64,000 bases of DNA from Thalassobaculaceae bacterium (GCA_965228875.1 OZ245843.1:4136616-4200615), one strand, 5' to 3'. Shown: positions 41,635-52,232, counted from the first letter of the stretch. The notes: generated by a model from the letters alone, not told the origin. Numbers and translations are program-made.

Positions 41635-42257
41635 GAGTCGACCCCGGGTCCGCCGATCATCGCGAGGAACTCCCGGCGTATTGACTGGTCGTCCCGGAAG
41701 CATCCGAGCATTCGGCTGGTCTTCATGCTCACGCCCGGTTTGCGTACCCCGCGCGTGGTCATGCACTGGTGCGCGGCCTGAACCACGACGCCGACGCCTC
41801 TCGGTTGCAGGACGCGCTGCAGGGTGTCGGCGATCTGCGCGGTAAGGACCTCCTGGGTCTGGAGCCGTTTGGAATACGCTTCGACCAGGCGTGCGAGCTT
41901 GGAAATCCCGACCACGCGGTCGGCGGGCAGGTATCCGATATGGATCTTGCCGATAATCGGGACGATGTGATGCTCGCAGTGCGACTCCAGCCTCAGATCG
42001 CGCAGGACGACCATCTCGTCGTAGTCCTCCACCTCGCCAAAGGTGGCGGACAGGATCTTCTCCGGATCGGCGTTGTATCCGGCGAAAAACTCCTCGTAGG
42101 CGCGCGCGACGCGCTCCGGCGTGTCCCTCAGCCCCTCCCTGTCGGGGTTGTCGCCCGCCCATCTGATCAGGGTCCGCACGGCGGCCTCCGCCTCGGCGCG
42201 GGTCGGTGGTTCAGGTTCGCGGGACATATCGAATTGCGGTCCGACACTCGAGTCCAT
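41631..42257 (-). CDS. folE: GTP cyclohydrolase I (type IA)
   Basis: [39 protein letters not shown]. Confidence 0.95.
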   Translation of the reverse strand: MDSSVGPQFDMSREPEPPTRAEAEAAVRTLIRWAGDNPDREGLRDTPERVARAYEEFFAGYNADPEKILSATFGEVEDYDEMVVLRDLRLESHCEHHIVPIIGKIHIGYLPADRVVGISKLARLVEAYSKRLQTQEVLTAQIADTLQRVLQPRGVGVVVQAAHQCMTTRGVRKPGVSMKTSRMLGCFRDDQSIRREFLAMIGGPGVDS

Positions 42258-42308
42258 GCTGGCGGGCTCCCCTGGGTGAGGTGGGTGGATGGAGGCTGTG
42301 GTTTAGTT

Positions 42309-42328
42309 AGCAATGTTATAACATTGCT
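42309..42328. promoter_or_regulatory. Zur-like box upstream of folE
   Basis: Perfect 20-bp palindrome AGCAATGTTATAACATTGCT, sharing AATGTTATAACAT with the box at 38030. Confidence 0.75.
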
Positions 42329-42429
42329 TTTCGAGGCGTAGACAGGGGTCTTGAGCCAGCGGGTTCTGTCTTCAAGGACTCAGAAGGCGGACCTCGGCTT
42401 GGATCGCGCCGACGTGAACCGGTCGCGCG

Positions 42430-43704
42430 TTAGCCTCGCGGATCGTCGACTGGCAAGGGGCTGCCTCCGCGCCGGACCCGATCCGCCGGCCAGCAGGTCC
42501 GCATCGTCGTTCCTTCGCCTTCGACGCTCGAGATCGACAGGGCCCCGCCGTGGAGATCGAGGTAGGAACGCACGATGTAGAGGCCGAGGCCGATCCCGCT
42601 ATCGTTGCGCGCGAGCCCCGCTTGCACCTGAACGAAGGGCTGGCCGAGATTGCGCATCGCGTCCTCGGGAATGCCCCGCCCCCGGTCGATCACGTCGATC
42701 GCCAGACCCTCCTCCGTGCGCCGGGACACAAGGCGGATCGTGCTCTCCGCGGGTGAGAACTTCGACGCGTTGTCCAGAAGGTTGATGAGAATCTGGCGGG
42801 TCAGGAGCGGGTCGACGAAGAGCTCGGTATTGTCGTCCACATCGATCTCGACGACCTGACGGCGTTCTTCGAGGATCGGAAAGACATGGCGGACCGCACC
42901 GTTGACGATGGCCTGGACGTGCAGCCAACGCGGCTGCACCTCGATCCGTTCGGCCTCCAGTTTGGCGGCCTTGAGGATCGAGGACACGACCTCCAGCAGG
43001 TGGTTGCCGCTGTCCCTGATGTCGGCCACGTAGTCGAGGTACCGGGGGTCCCCCAACGCGCCGAACGGCTGGCTCTCGAGGAGTTCCGAAAAGCCGATGA
43101 TCGCGTTCAGCGGGGTCCGCAGCTCATGGCTCATCGTCGCCAGGAAATTCGATTTCATCCGGCTCGACGCCAGCGACTCGTTCAGCGCGTATCGCAGTTG
43201 CCGCTCGGCCTGGCGGCGCGTCGACACGTCGCGCAGGATGACCGCCAGATGGGTTCTGCCGCCCCTGCGGTTCTTCACGATCGTCCCCTCGACGAACACG
43301 TCGGAGCCGTCTCGTGCCACCCCCTGAAGCTCGCCGCGGGCGCTGATGTCGAGCGCTCTGCGATCGCTTTCGACGAACTGGCGGATGAAGTCGTCGTGAT
43401 CGCTCTGCAGCCCGGCCGGGATCAGGACGTTCAGATCCTGTCCGATCAGCGTGCCGGACGGCCAACCGAACAGCGTCGCCGTCGCCGCATTCGCTTCGAC
43501 GATCCGGCGGTCGGTATCGATAACGACGACGGCTTCCGGGAGCGCGTCGAAGACGTCGCTGCCGATGACGAAATCGGGTGCGCGCCGACGGGCGAAGCCA
43601 TCGGCGCCGGACTCCACACCCTCGGAGCCTGCGCCCTTCCCCCGATCGGCCGTATCCTCCCTCATCGGCGGCTTGGATCCGCGTCGTCGATCCAGTACGG
43701 ACAC
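42430..43704 (-). CDS. PAS-domain sensor histidine kinase (PleC/DivJ-like HisKA)
   Basis: PAS (VVVID...N.A...LFG...LIP....HD), KSNFLATMSHELRTPLNAIIGFSE, NLLDNASKF, DRGRGI, GIGLGL; start may be ATG 43665. Confidence 0.9.
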   Translation of the reverse strand: MSVLDRRRGSKPPMREDTADRGKGAGSEGVESGADGFARRRAPDFVIGSDVFDALPEAVVVIDTDRRIVEANAATATLFGWPSGTLIGQDLNVLIPAGLQSDHDDFIRQFVESDRRALDISARGELQGVARDGSDVFVEGTIVKNRRGGRTHLAVILRDVSTRRQAERQLRYALNESLASSRMKSNFLATMSHELRTPLNAIIGFSELLESQPFGALGDPRYLDYVADIRDSGNHLLEVVSSILKAAKLEAERIEVQPRWLHVQAIVNGAVRHVFPILEERRQVVEIDVDDNTELFVDPLLTRQILINLLDNASKFSPAESTIRLVSRRTEEGLAIDVIDRGRGIPEDAMRNLGQPFVQVQAGLARNDSGIGLGLYIVRSYLDLHGGALSISSVEGEGTTMRTCWPADRVRRGGSPLPVDDPRG

Positions 43705-43781
43705 GTCGCAGGCTGTGACGGGCGGCCGGCGGACCGGACAGGGTCGGCCGTCGAGATCATCTCGGAAAAATCATGCATTTC

Positions 43782-43907
43782 TTAAAAATCCTTTAAATAA
43801 TTTCTACCGGGAATTGACAGTATCGATGCCTGCGTGGATGGACTAACTGTGGAATATACGAGACTACCATCGGAAAACGCCTAGAGTTCGATTAATCCGC
43901 TTTTAAC
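43782..43907. promoter_or_regulatory. Two CtrA-type boxes (TTAA-N7-TTAA)
   Basis: TTAA-AAATCCT-TTAA at 43782-43796 and TTAA-TCCGCTT-TTAAC at 43892-43907. Confidence 0.6.
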
Positions 43908-44565
43908 GAATTTTCATCTGTTCGTTTTCCTGAAAGGATTGGGCTTGGATGAGGTCCGGTGCATAGCGCACGGCGAGGCGCACCAGCTCGGCCAGCGTCT
44001 CTCCCGCCATTTTCGCCATGACATTGGCGCGATGGACCTCGACCGTGCGCTGGCTGATGCCGAGGTCGTGGGCGATCTGCTTGTTCAACCGACCGTTCAC
44101 CATCGCCGCCATGACTTCGCGCTCGCGCTGACTGAGGCTGTCGAAGGAGGCCTCGAAAAGCACCCGCTCCCGTCGTTCCGCCATCAGCCGATCGCAGTGC
44201 CGAAACGCCCCGTTCACGATGTCGATGACGTCATGCGCTCGAACCGGTTTCTCAACGAATTCGAAGGCGCCATCCTTCATGGCCTGCACGGCGATCGGAA
44301 CGTCGCCATGGGCGGTCACGAGAATACAGGGCTGTACCGCCCCCATCTCCTTGATCTTGCGCTGCAGTTCCAGCCCGTTCATTCCCGGCATTCGGATATC
44401 GAGCAGAACGCACCCGGGGGTGTCCTCGTCGAAGACCTCAAGGAATGCGCCGCCGGAGGCGTGGCTTCGGGTCGCGATGCCTACCGATTCAAGAACCCGC
44501 TCCAACAGTCGCCGGCTGGACTCGATGTCATCGACAATGTGAGCGATCCGATCGATATCCCGCAT
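43903..44565 (-). CDS. FixJ-family response regulator (REC + LuxR HTH)
   Basis: IVDD, LLDIRMPGMNGLEL, TAHGDVPIAV.AMK.GA.EFVEKP, LSQREREV...NKQIA.DLGISQRTVEVHRANVM.KM. Confidence 0.92.
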   Translation of the reverse strand: MRDIDRIAHIVDDIESSRRLLERVLESVGIATRSHASGGAFLEVFDEDTPGCVLLDIRMPGMNGLELQRKIKEMGAVQPCILVTAHGDVPIAVQAMKDGAFEFVEKPVRAHDVIDIVNGAFRHCDRLMAERRERVLFEASFDSLSQREREVMAAMVNGRLNKQIAHDLGISQRTVEVHRANVMAKMAGETLAELVRLAVRYAPDLIQAQSFQENEQMKIR

Positions 44566-44715
44566 GAGGTCACTGTTGTATCCTAGCGATCCGGATCACT
44601 GTCATGGTCCCGCGCGAAGCGCGGAGATTAACACCGCTCACCGTTAAACCATAGATATATTGTGGGCATGTTGGGCGGCAGCATCCCGGCCGACCGGTTG
44701 TCCGCCACAGGGCAG

Positions 44716-46362
44716 TCAGTGGGAGCGGCCGCTCAGCGCGCGAGACACCGTATCCATGAACTGGTCCAGGTTGAGCGGTTTGGTCAGATAATCGGTGAAT
44801 CCGGCCTCGAGGCCTCGGTCCACGTCGCTCGCCATGGCCAGGGCGGTGATCGCCACGACCGGCACGTCGCGCAGGATCGGATCGCGCCGCAGCGCGGCCA
44901 GGGCGTCGTAGCCGTCGATCTCCCCCGGCAGTCCGATATCGAGCAGGATCAGGTCCGGCGCCTCGGTGAAGGCGATGCGCAATCCGGCACGGGCGGTGCG
45001 CGCCGTGAGCAGTCTGAGGTCTTCGCGTCGGCCGAGGAGACTGGAGATCAGCCGGGCATTGGATACGTTGTCCTCTATGTAGAGGATGGTGCGGGGGCGC
45101 AGGCCGCGCGACGACGGGGACAGGCTCCGGAATGCGGCCTGTTCGTCGTGCGAAGGCGACGCCTCCGCGCTTGGGGCCTTCGCCCGCGGCAGTGCGATGG
45201 AGAAGGTGCTGCCGGCGCCGTGGACGCTCGCCACCGCGACGCGTCCTCCCATCAATTCGACCACCCGTTTGGTGATGGCCAGACCGATCCCCGACCCCTC
45301 GACCCGATCGGGTTCCAGGCGGGTGAAGGCGTCGAACAGGTCGTCGAGCCTGTCGGTGGGAATGCCGCTTCCGGTATCGCGGACGCTGATCGTCAACCGG
45401 TCCGAATCCGCGGTGTCGACCAGGATATCGACCCGACCGCCCGGCTTGTTGTAGTTGACCGCGTTGGTCAGGAGGTTCAGCAGGGCCTGCTTCAACCGGG
45501 TCCGGTCGGCGCGCACCCAGGCGGCGGGGGGCGCCGCCTCGCGGAGCGTCACCCCCGTCGGCTCGGCGAGCGGCCGAACGATGGCCACGCAGTCCCGGAT
45601 GATCGTCGCGACATCGATGCTTTCCGGGCTCAGGTCGAGGCGCCCGGCCTCGATCCGCGCCAGATCCAGGATCTCGTTGATGAGGTCGAGCAGGTGGCGA
45701 CCCGCGCCAAGCACCTCGTCGATGTTCGTCCTGTTGTCGGCGTTGAGGGTCGGGTCGAGTTCGATCAGTTGAGCGAAGCCGAGAATCGCATTCAGCGGCG
45801 TGCGCAACTCGTGGCTCATGTTCGACAGGAACTCGGTCTTCGCCCGGCTCGCCCGTTCCGCCGCGTCGCGGGCGGCGGTCAGGTCCCGCTTCACCTGGCG
45901 ACGGTCCATCGACCGGCCGATCTGCTCGCCGATACGACGCAGCAGCGACCGTGTCTGCTCGAGGGTCTCGTTGCCCACCCGCGTGGTCTCGAGGGAGCGG
46001 ACGTGGACTTCGACGCGGCCATGACCGCACTTCATCGGAATCTCCGCACCGATCCGGTCCGGGCTCTCCGCAAACCCGTCGCTGACGTGATCGGTGCCGT
46101 GGACGCGGATGCGCGCCGATGTCGTCTCCGGAAACCGCCAGCCGGTCGGGACGATCCGGGCGACGGCGTCGAGCGCCTCGCCATCGTCGGTGTCGTCGTC
46201 CGCGAGCGTCTCTTGGATCGCGGTCAGGCAGTGCAGCTCCGCGATGCGCCGGCCCTGTTCCTGGGCCAGACGCGCAAGGCCCGGATCGGACGTGTCCTGT
46301 CCCGTATCGCGGCCCTTCTCGACCGTGTGCACCAAGCGTTCTTCATCGTCCGGATGGGGCAT
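44716..46362 (-). CDS. Hybrid sensor histidine kinase / receiver
   Basis: KTEFLSNMSHELRTPLNAILGF, NLLTNAVNYN, DTGSGI, GSGIGL; C-terminal REC ILYIEDN...LILLDIGLP...TKP. Confidence 0.9.
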   Translation of the reverse strand: MPHPDDEERLVHTVEKGRDTGQDTSDPGLARLAQEQGRRIAELHCLTAIQETLADDDTDDGEALDAVARIVPTGWRFPETTSARIRVHGTDHVSDGFAESPDRIGAEIPMKCGHGRVEVHVRSLETTRVGNETLEQTRSLLRRIGEQIGRSMDRRQVKRDLTAARDAAERASRAKTEFLSNMSHELRTPLNAILGFAQLIELDPTLNADNRTNIDEVLGAGRHLLDLINEILDLARIEAGRLDLSPESIDVATIIRDCVAIVRPLAEPTGVTLREAAPPAAWVRADRTRLKQALLNLLTNAVNYNKPGGRVDILVDTADSDRLTISVRDTGSGIPTDRLDDLFDAFTRLEPDRVEGSGIGLAITKRVVELMGGRVAVASVHGAGSTFSIALPRAKAPSAEASPSHDEQAAFRSLSPSSRGLRPRTILYIEDNVSNARLISSLLGRREDLRLLTARTARAGLRIAFTEAPDLILLDIGLPGEIDGYDALAALRRDPILRDVPVVAITALAMASDVDRGLEAGFTDYLTKPLNLDQFMDTVSRALSGRSH

Positions 46363-46765
46363 GGTTCTGAAGGACGCAACCGTTCACAGGAGTGGGCGAG
46401 AAACCGCGTCGAGGATCCTATTGCGCTCCTCCGGTCAGTCCAGTCCAAGTGGCCGCCCGGTCCTGGCCCCAGCACCAGGGCGCCACGATGCTGCGGGCGC
46501 GAAATGGGGTTTGTGGCGAATCCGTGACCTGCTAGCCTCACCAACTCGGGGGAAGCAGTATAGCCATGGTGGTGCCGCAGCCGCCCCGGTCCGCGGGCCG
46601 GGTTTCGTCGTTCTTGTCGGATCGCCCGATCCGCGCCGGCGGTCGGCTGCCAGCTTTTCCCCAAGACGTCACCGTCCCGGCCACGGCGTGCGGACGGCTC
46701 GACACTCGCCAATCACCCGCCGGAATCGAGGCGGGGTAGAGAGCAGGACAAGGAGGTTGACCGAC

Positions 46766-48307
46766 ATGACCGAGAGGACGACGCGACGCAGCGGCCTGAA
46801 GGGGCTGGCCCTGCTGGCAGCGCTCAGCGCTGCGACCTGGCTGCCGGGACCGGCCGAGGCCGGCAAGGCGGACGATACGCTGAACATCGCCTGGGACCGC
46901 GAGCTTCCGAACGCCGACTACTACTTCAACAACTCGCGCGAAGGCATCGTCGTCAACCGGCTGATCTGGGACACGCTGATCTACCGCGACCCGAACACCG
47001 GCGAGTTCAAGGGTCTGCTGGCCGAGAGCTACGAGATCGTCGACGACACCACGTTCGAGTTCAAGCTGCGCAAGGGCGTGGTATTCCACAACGGCGAGGA
47101 GTTCGATGCCGGCGACGTGGTCGCGACCATCGACTTCCTGCTGAAGCCGGATACGGGCAAGCTCGCCCAGCAGGGCGTCGACTGGATCAAGGGTGCCGAG
47201 GCGATCGACGACTACACCGTCCGCATCTACGCGCTCGAGCCGAACCCGCTGGCCATTCTGTATCTGGCCGGCGACGTGCCGATCTATCCGGAGAAGTACT
47301 ACGCGGAAGCCGGCCCGAGCGGCATGGGCGAGGCACCGGTCGGCACCGGTCCGTACAAGGTCACCAAGCTGGTCCCCGGCAAGGAGATCGTGTTCGAGGC
47401 CAACGAGAACTATTACGAGGGCAGCCCGAAGGGTAAGCCGGCGATCGGCAAGATCCACCAGCGCACCATTCCCGACGTGAACACGCAGATCGTCGAGCTG
47501 ACCTCCGGCAAGCTGGACTGGATCTGGAAGGTGCCGGCCGATCAGGCCGAGAAGCTGGCCACCCTGCCCAGCCTCAACGTCATCTCCGCCGGTACCATGC
47601 GCGTCGGCTATCTGACGTTCGACTCAAAGGGCAGGTCCGGCGACAATCCGTTCCAGGACGCCCGCGTCCGCAAGGCGGTGGCCCACGCCATCGACCGCAA
47701 GGCGATCGTCGACAACATCGTGCGCGGCGCGTCCGAAGTGATCCACTCGGCCTGCTTCCCCCAGCAGTTCGGCTGCACCCAGGACGTGACCCAGTACGAG
47801 TACGATCCGGAGAAGGCGAAGGCGCTGCTGGCCGAGGCCGGCTACCCGGACGGCTTCCGGACCGAATTCTACGCCTATCGCAACCGCGACTACCTGGAGC
47901 CGATGCTCGGCTTCCTGCAGCAGGTGGGCATCGAGACGGACCTGCGCTACGGCAAGTACGCGGCGACCCGCGACGCCATCCGCTCCGGCAAGGTGCCGCT
48001 GGCGTTCATGACCTGGGGCTCCGGATCGGTGCCGGATGTCGACGCCATCACCCCGGTGTTCTTCGGCGGCGGCCCGGACGATCTCGCCATGGACGAGGAG
48101 GTCCAGGCGGCCCTGGCGAAGGGCGGCGGCACCGTCGACACGGCGGTCCGCATGGAATCCTACGACAAGGCGCTGAAGAAGATCGCCGCGGAGGCCTACT
48201 GGCTGCCGCTGTGGACCTTCAACACCAATTACGCGATCTCCCAGGACGTGGACTGGACGCCGACGGCGGACGAGATCCCGCGCTTCTTCCTCGCAAAGTG
48301 GAAGTAA
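46766..48307 (+). CDS. ABC transporter substrate-binding protein, family 5 (Dpp/Opp-like)
   Basis: Signal peptide, LAESY, FKLRKGVVFHNGE, PVGTGPYK, VRKAVAHAIDR, YDPEKAKALLAEAGY; AAGGAGG RBS. Confidence 0.92.
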   Translation: MTERTTRRSGLKGLALLAALSAATWLPGPAEAGKADDTLNIAWDRELPNADYYFNNSREGIVVNRLIWDTLIYRDPNTGEFKGLLAESYEIVDDTTFEFKLRKGVVFHNGEEFDAGDVVATIDFLLKPDTGKLAQQGVDWIKGAEAIDDYTVRIYALEPNPLAILYLAGDVPIYPEKYYAEAGPSGMGEAPVGTGPYKVTKLVPGKEIVFEANENYYEGSPKGKPAIGKIHQRTIPDVNTQIVELTSGKLDWIWKVPADQAEKLATLPSLNVISAGTMRVGYLTFDSKGRSGDNPFQDARVRKAVAHAIDRKAIVDNIVRGASEVIHSACFPQQFGCTQDVTQYEYDPEKAKALLAEAGYPDGFRTEFYAYRNRDYLEPMLGFLQQVGIETDLRYGKYAATRDAIRSGKVPLAFMTWGSGSVPDVDAITPVFFGGGPDDLAMDEEVQAALAKGGGTVDTAVRMESYDKALKKIAAEAYWLPLWTFNTNYAISQDVDWTPTADEIPRFFLAKWK

Positions 48308-48318
48308 GCTAGGCACCC

Positions 48319-48366
48319 GCGGCCGCCCCGCCCGAGCCCGCCGGATAGGGCGGGTGGGGCGGCCGC
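48319..48366 (+). terminator. Intercistronic stem-loop after the SBP gene
   Basis: GCGGCCGCCCCGCCC ... GGGTGGGGCGGCCGC inverted repeat. Confidence 0.5.
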
Positions 48367-48397
48367 ATCCCCGATTCCTCACGCGGATGGCGCTGCG

Positions 48398-49315
48398 ATG
48401 CTTGTCTACACCGCAAAACGCTTGTTCCTTGCCGTCCTGGTCAGCCTCACGGTCTCGGCGCTGGTGTTCAGCCTGCTGTATCTCAGCGGCGATCCGGCGA
48501 CGGCTCTCGCGGGCGAGCGCGCCAACGAGGCGGACATCCAGGCGATCAAGGCGGCCTACGGCTTCGACCAGCCGGTCTACATCCAGTACTTCAAATGGCT
48601 GGCCGGTGCGGTTCAGGGCGAGTTCGGCGAGTCCGTGTACTTCCGGATGCCGGTGATCGACCTGATCGTCGAGCGCCTGCCGGTGACCATGATGCTCGGG
48701 GTCAGCGCCATGACCTTCGCGCTGCTGCTGTCGATTCCGCTCGGCGTGCTGGCGGCGATGTATCAGAACAGCCTGATCGACCGGGGCGCCCTGCTGCTGG
48801 CCGTTGTCGGCCAGGCGATGCCGAGCTTCTGGTTCGCCCTGATGCTGATCGTCCTGTTCGCCTACTGGGTACCGATCCTGCCCGCGAGCGGATCGGACTC
48901 CTGGCTGCATTTCGTGCTGCCGACCGTCGTTCTCGGCTACTACGCCACCCCGGCCTTCATGCGGCTCACCCGTACCGGCCTGCTGGACGTGCTGTCGTCG
49001 GACTATGTCCGCACCGCCCGCGCCAAGGGGTTGAGCCCGGCCAAGGTCCTGTTCAAGCACGCCCTGCGCAACGCCATCATTCCGGTGGTCAGCCTCGCCG
49101 CGGTTCAGTTCGGCTTCATGCTGACCGGGTCGATCATCATCGAGACCGTGTTCGCCTTGCACGGCGCCGGTTTCCTCGCCTGGGAGTCGATCTCGCGCTC
49201 CGACTTCCCGACGGTGCAGGCCGTCCTGCTGCTGTTCTCGTGGTTCTACATCGTCCTCACCTTCCTGGCGGACCTGCTGAACGCCTGGCTCAACCCCAGA
49301 ATCCGGGTGGCATGA
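48398..49315 (+). CDS. Peptide-type ABC permease (DppB-like)
   Basis: GDPA, MPSFW, DYVRTARAKGL...KHALRNA. Confidence 0.92.
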   Translation: MLVYTAKRLFLAVLVSLTVSALVFSLLYLSGDPATALAGERANEADIQAIKAAYGFDQPVYIQYFKWLAGAVQGEFGESVYFRMPVIDLIVERLPVTMMLGVSAMTFALLLSIPLGVLAAMYQNSLIDRGALLLAVVGQAMPSFWFALMLIVLFAYWVPILPASGSDSWLHFVLPTVVLGYYATPAFMRLTRTGLLDVLSSDYVRTARAKGLSPAKVLFKHALRNAIIPVVSLAAVQFGFMLTGSIIIETVFALHGAGFLAWESISRSDFPTVQAVLLLFSWFYIVLTFLADLLNAWLNPRIRVA

Positions 49316-49316
49316 G

Positions 49317-50225
49317 ATGTCAGTCATGAACTCCACCGCCACCCCCACCGCCGAGGTGATCCTGGCTCCCACGCCGGGCCAGATCCTGCGGCGCAGGATC
49401 TTCGGCCATCGCGGCATCGTCATCGGCGGCGGGATCTTCCTGGTCATCGTGCTGCTGGCGCTGCTGGCGCCGCTGCTCGCCCCGTACGACCCCTACCACC
49501 AGGACCTGATCGCCCGCATGGCGCCGCCGGTCTGGCAGGACAAGGGCACCTGGACTCACATCCTGGGTACCGACCAGGTCGGCCGCGACTATCTCAGCCG
49601 GCTGATCTACGGCGCCCGGATCTCCCTGCTCATCGGCATCATGGCGGCCCTGATCTCCGGCATCATCGGCACCGTCATGGGCGTGGCGGCCGGCTATTTC
49701 GGCGGCAAGGTGGACCTCGTCGTCACCTTCCTGATCACCTGCCGGCTGTCGCTGCCCGTCATCCTGGTCAGCCTCGCGGTGGTCGCCATCGTCGGCGGCT
49801 CCCTGGAGATGGTGATCCTGGTGCTCGGCCTGCTGCTGTGGGACCGATACGCCGTGGTCATGCGGTCCAGCACCCAGCAGATCCGGTCGCTCGACTACAT
49901 CGCCGCCGCCCAGGCCGCCGGCTGTTCGACCTGGTACATCCTGGCCCGCGAAGTGCTGCCGAACGTCATGAACCAGCTGATCGTCGTGGCGACCCTCGAG
50001 TTCGCCCACGCGGTGCTGCTGGAGGCGGCGCTCAGCTTCCTCGGTCTCGGTGTGCAGCCGCCGCTGCCGTCCTGGGGGCTGATGATCGCCGAGGGCCGGA
50101 ACTACATCCTGTTCGACCCCTGGCTGATCGCCATCCCCGGCACCGCGCTGTTCCTGCTGCTGCTCGCGGTCAACCTGCTGGGCGACGGCGTGCGCGACGT
50201 CACCGTTCCCGAGAACCGGGCCTAG
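49317..50225 (+). CDS. Peptide-type ABC permease (DppC-like)
   Basis: HILGTDQVGRD.LSRLIYGARISL, EAALSFLGLG..PP.PSWG. Confidence 0.92.
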   Translation: MSVMNSTATPTAEVILAPTPGQILRRRIFGHRGIVIGGGIFLVIVLLALLAPLLAPYDPYHQDLIARMAPPVWQDKGTWTHILGTDQVGRDYLSRLIYGARISLLIGIMAALISGIIGTVMGVAAGYFGGKVDLVVTFLITCRLSLPVILVSLAVVAIVGGSLEMVILVLGLLLWDRYAVVMRSSTQQIRSLDYIAAAQAAGCSTWYILAREVLPNVMNQLIVVATLEFAHAVLLEAALSFLGLGVQPPLPSWGLMIAEGRNYILFDPWLIAIPGTALFLLLLAVNLLGDGVRDVTVPENRA

Positions 50226-50235
50226 GAGGCGCACG

Positions 50236-51264
50236 ATGACCACAACGCTCAGCGTGGAGAACCTGCGCGTCTCCATCCCGCTCGCCGCCGGTACCCTGCA
50301 TGCGGTGCGCGGCATCAGCTTCGAGGTCGCCCGCGGCGAGACCCTCTGCCTGGTCGGCGAGTCCGGCTGCGGCAAGTCCCTGACCTCGCTCGCGCTGATG
50401 AACCTGCTGCCGTCGCGGGCGAAGCGCGAGGCCGACCGGATCGCCTTCGACGGTTCCGACCTGCTGAAGCTCAGCGAGCGCGGCATGGCCAAGGTGCGCG
50501 GCAACACCATGGCGATGATCTTCCAGGAGCCGATGACCTCGCTGAACCCGGCCTACACGATCGGCAATCAGCTGGAGGAAGGCATCCGCCTGCACAAGGG
50601 CGTGTCGGCGAAGGAGGCCAGGGAACGGGCGATCTACCTGCTGGAGAAGGTCGGCATCACCGCCGCGGCCAGCCGGCTCGGCCAGTATCCGCATCAGCTC
50701 TCCGGCGGCCTGCGCCAGCGCGTCATGATCGCCATGGCGCTGATGTGCAGCCCCGACCTGCTGATCTGCGACGAGCCGACCACCGCGCTCGACGTGACGA
50801 TCCAGGCCCAGATTCTGCACCTCATCAAGGACCTGCAGCGCGAGTTCGACATGGCGGTGATCCTCATCACCCACGATCTCGGCGTCGTCGCCCGCGTCGC
50901 CGACCGGGTGGCCGTGATGTATGCTGGCGAGATCATCGAGAGCGGGGCCGTCGGCGAGATCTTCAGCCGTCCGACCCATCCCTATACCCAGGGCCTGATG
51001 AACTGCATCCCGGTGCCGGGCAAGACGAAGCAGGGCGAGCGCCTCGGCACCATTCCGGGCATCGTGCCGTCGATGATCGGCGAGATGACGGGCTGCGCCT
51101 TCGCCAACCGGTGCGCCTATGCCGAGGACCTCTGCCACCAGCCACTGTCGACCCACGACATCGTTCCCGGCCACGCCGTGCGCTGCGCCCGCGCCGAAGA
51201 GGTTCAGGCGCTCACCGCCCGGACCGTCCGCGCCGATACCTTCCAGTCGGGGAGCCCGGCATGA
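50236..51264 (+). CDS. Peptide-type ABC ATPase (DppD-like)
   Basis: [37 protein letters not shown]. Confidence 0.93.
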   Translation: MTTTLSVENLRVSIPLAAGTLHAVRGISFEVARGETLCLVGESGCGKSLTSLALMNLLPSRAKREADRIAFDGSDLLKLSERGMAKVRGNTMAMIFQEPMTSLNPAYTIGNQLEEGIRLHKGVSAKEARERAIYLLEKVGITAAASRLGQYPHQLSGGLRQRVMIAMALMCSPDLLICDEPTTALDVTIQAQILHLIKDLQREFDMAVILITHDLGVVARVADRVAVMYAGEIIESGAVGEIFSRPTHPYTQGLMNCIPVPGKTKQGERLGTIPGIVPSMIGEMTGCAFANRCAYAEDLCHQPLSTHDIVPGHAVRCARAEEVQALTARTVRADTFQSGSPA

Positions 51265-52232
51265 CCAGCACACCGATCCTCGAGGCCCGCGACCTCTTCT
51301 GCACCTTCCAGGTCCGCCAGGGCATGTTCCAGCCCAAGCGTCCGCTGCGCGCGGTCAACGGGGTGTCTCTCAGCATCGAGAAGGGCGGCGTGCTCGGCCT
51401 GGTCGGGGAGTCAGGCTGCGGCAAGTCCACCGTGGCGCGGATGCTGCTCGGGCTGCAGGAGCCGACGTCCGGCACGCTGGCGATCGACGGACAGCCGCTC
51501 AGCGAGATCGGCCGCAGGGAGATGGCCAAGCGGGTGCAGCCGATCTTCCAGGACCCCTATTCGTCGCTGAACCCGCGCAAGACGATCGGCAACATCATCA
51601 CCCTGCCGCTCTACGTCCACAAGATCGGCTCGTCGAGCGAATGGCGGCGCAAGGTCGAGGACATCATGGACCTGTGCGGCCTGCCGAAGCGGGCCTACGA
51701 CATGTATCCGAGCCAGCTCTCCGGCGGCCAGCGTCAGCGTGTCGCCATCGCCCGCGCGCTGGTCATGCGGCCGGAGATCGTGATCTGCGACGAGCCGACC
51801 TCCGCCCTCGACGTGTCGGTCCAGGCGCAGATCCTGAACCTGCTGCTCGACCTGCAGAAGGAGCTCGGGCTGACCTACGTGCTGATCAGCCACAACCTCG
51901 CCGTGGTCGAGCTGATCGCCACCAAGGTGGCCGTCATGTATCTCGGCCGCATCGTCGAGGAGGCGGAGGGCCGGGCCTTCTTCGCCAAGCAGCGTCACCC
52001 CTATTCGGAAGCCCTGCTCGCCTCGGTGCTGACGCCGGAGGCCGGCCTCGGCGTGCCGGACGCCCAGCTCGGCACCACCTTCCCGAACCCGATCGATCCG
52101 CCGCCGGGCTGCGTCTTCCATCCGCGCTGCGTCCATGCCGGCGCGGTGTGCAGGACAACCGCACCCAAGACCGTCCGGGACGGCGGCGGGCTGGTCGAAT
52201 GCCACCTGTACGACGCCACCGTGACCGTCTGA
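51261..52232 (+). CDS. Peptide-type ABC ATPase (DppF-like)
   Basis: [49 protein letters not shown] overlap. Confidence 0.93.
   Translation: MTSTPILEARDLFCTFQVRQGMFQPKRPLRAVNGVSLSIEKGGVLGLVGESGCGKSTVARMLLGLQEPTSGTLAIDGQPLSEIGRREMAKRVQPIFQDPYSSLNPRKTIGNIITLPLYVHKIGSSSEWRRKVEDIMDLCGLPKRAYDMYPSQLSGGQRQRVAIARALVMRPEIVICDEPTSALDVSVQAQILNLLLDLQKELGLTYVLISHNLAVVELIATKVAVMYLGRIVEEAEGRAFFAKQRHPYSEALLASVLTPEAGLGVPDAQLGTTFPNPIDPPPGCVFHPRCVHAGAVCRTTAPKTVRDGGGLVECHLYDATVTV

Noticed and set aside
42430..44565. Calling the kinase and regulator fixL/fixJ
   Set aside because: The kinase HisKA is PleC/DivJ-like rather than FixL-like (no HELNQPL), the gene order differs and no fixK is adjacent, so the symbols were withheld.
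44628..44652. Possible third CtrA box upstream of the FixJ-like gene
   Set aside because: The TTAA half-sites are 12 nt apart, not 7.
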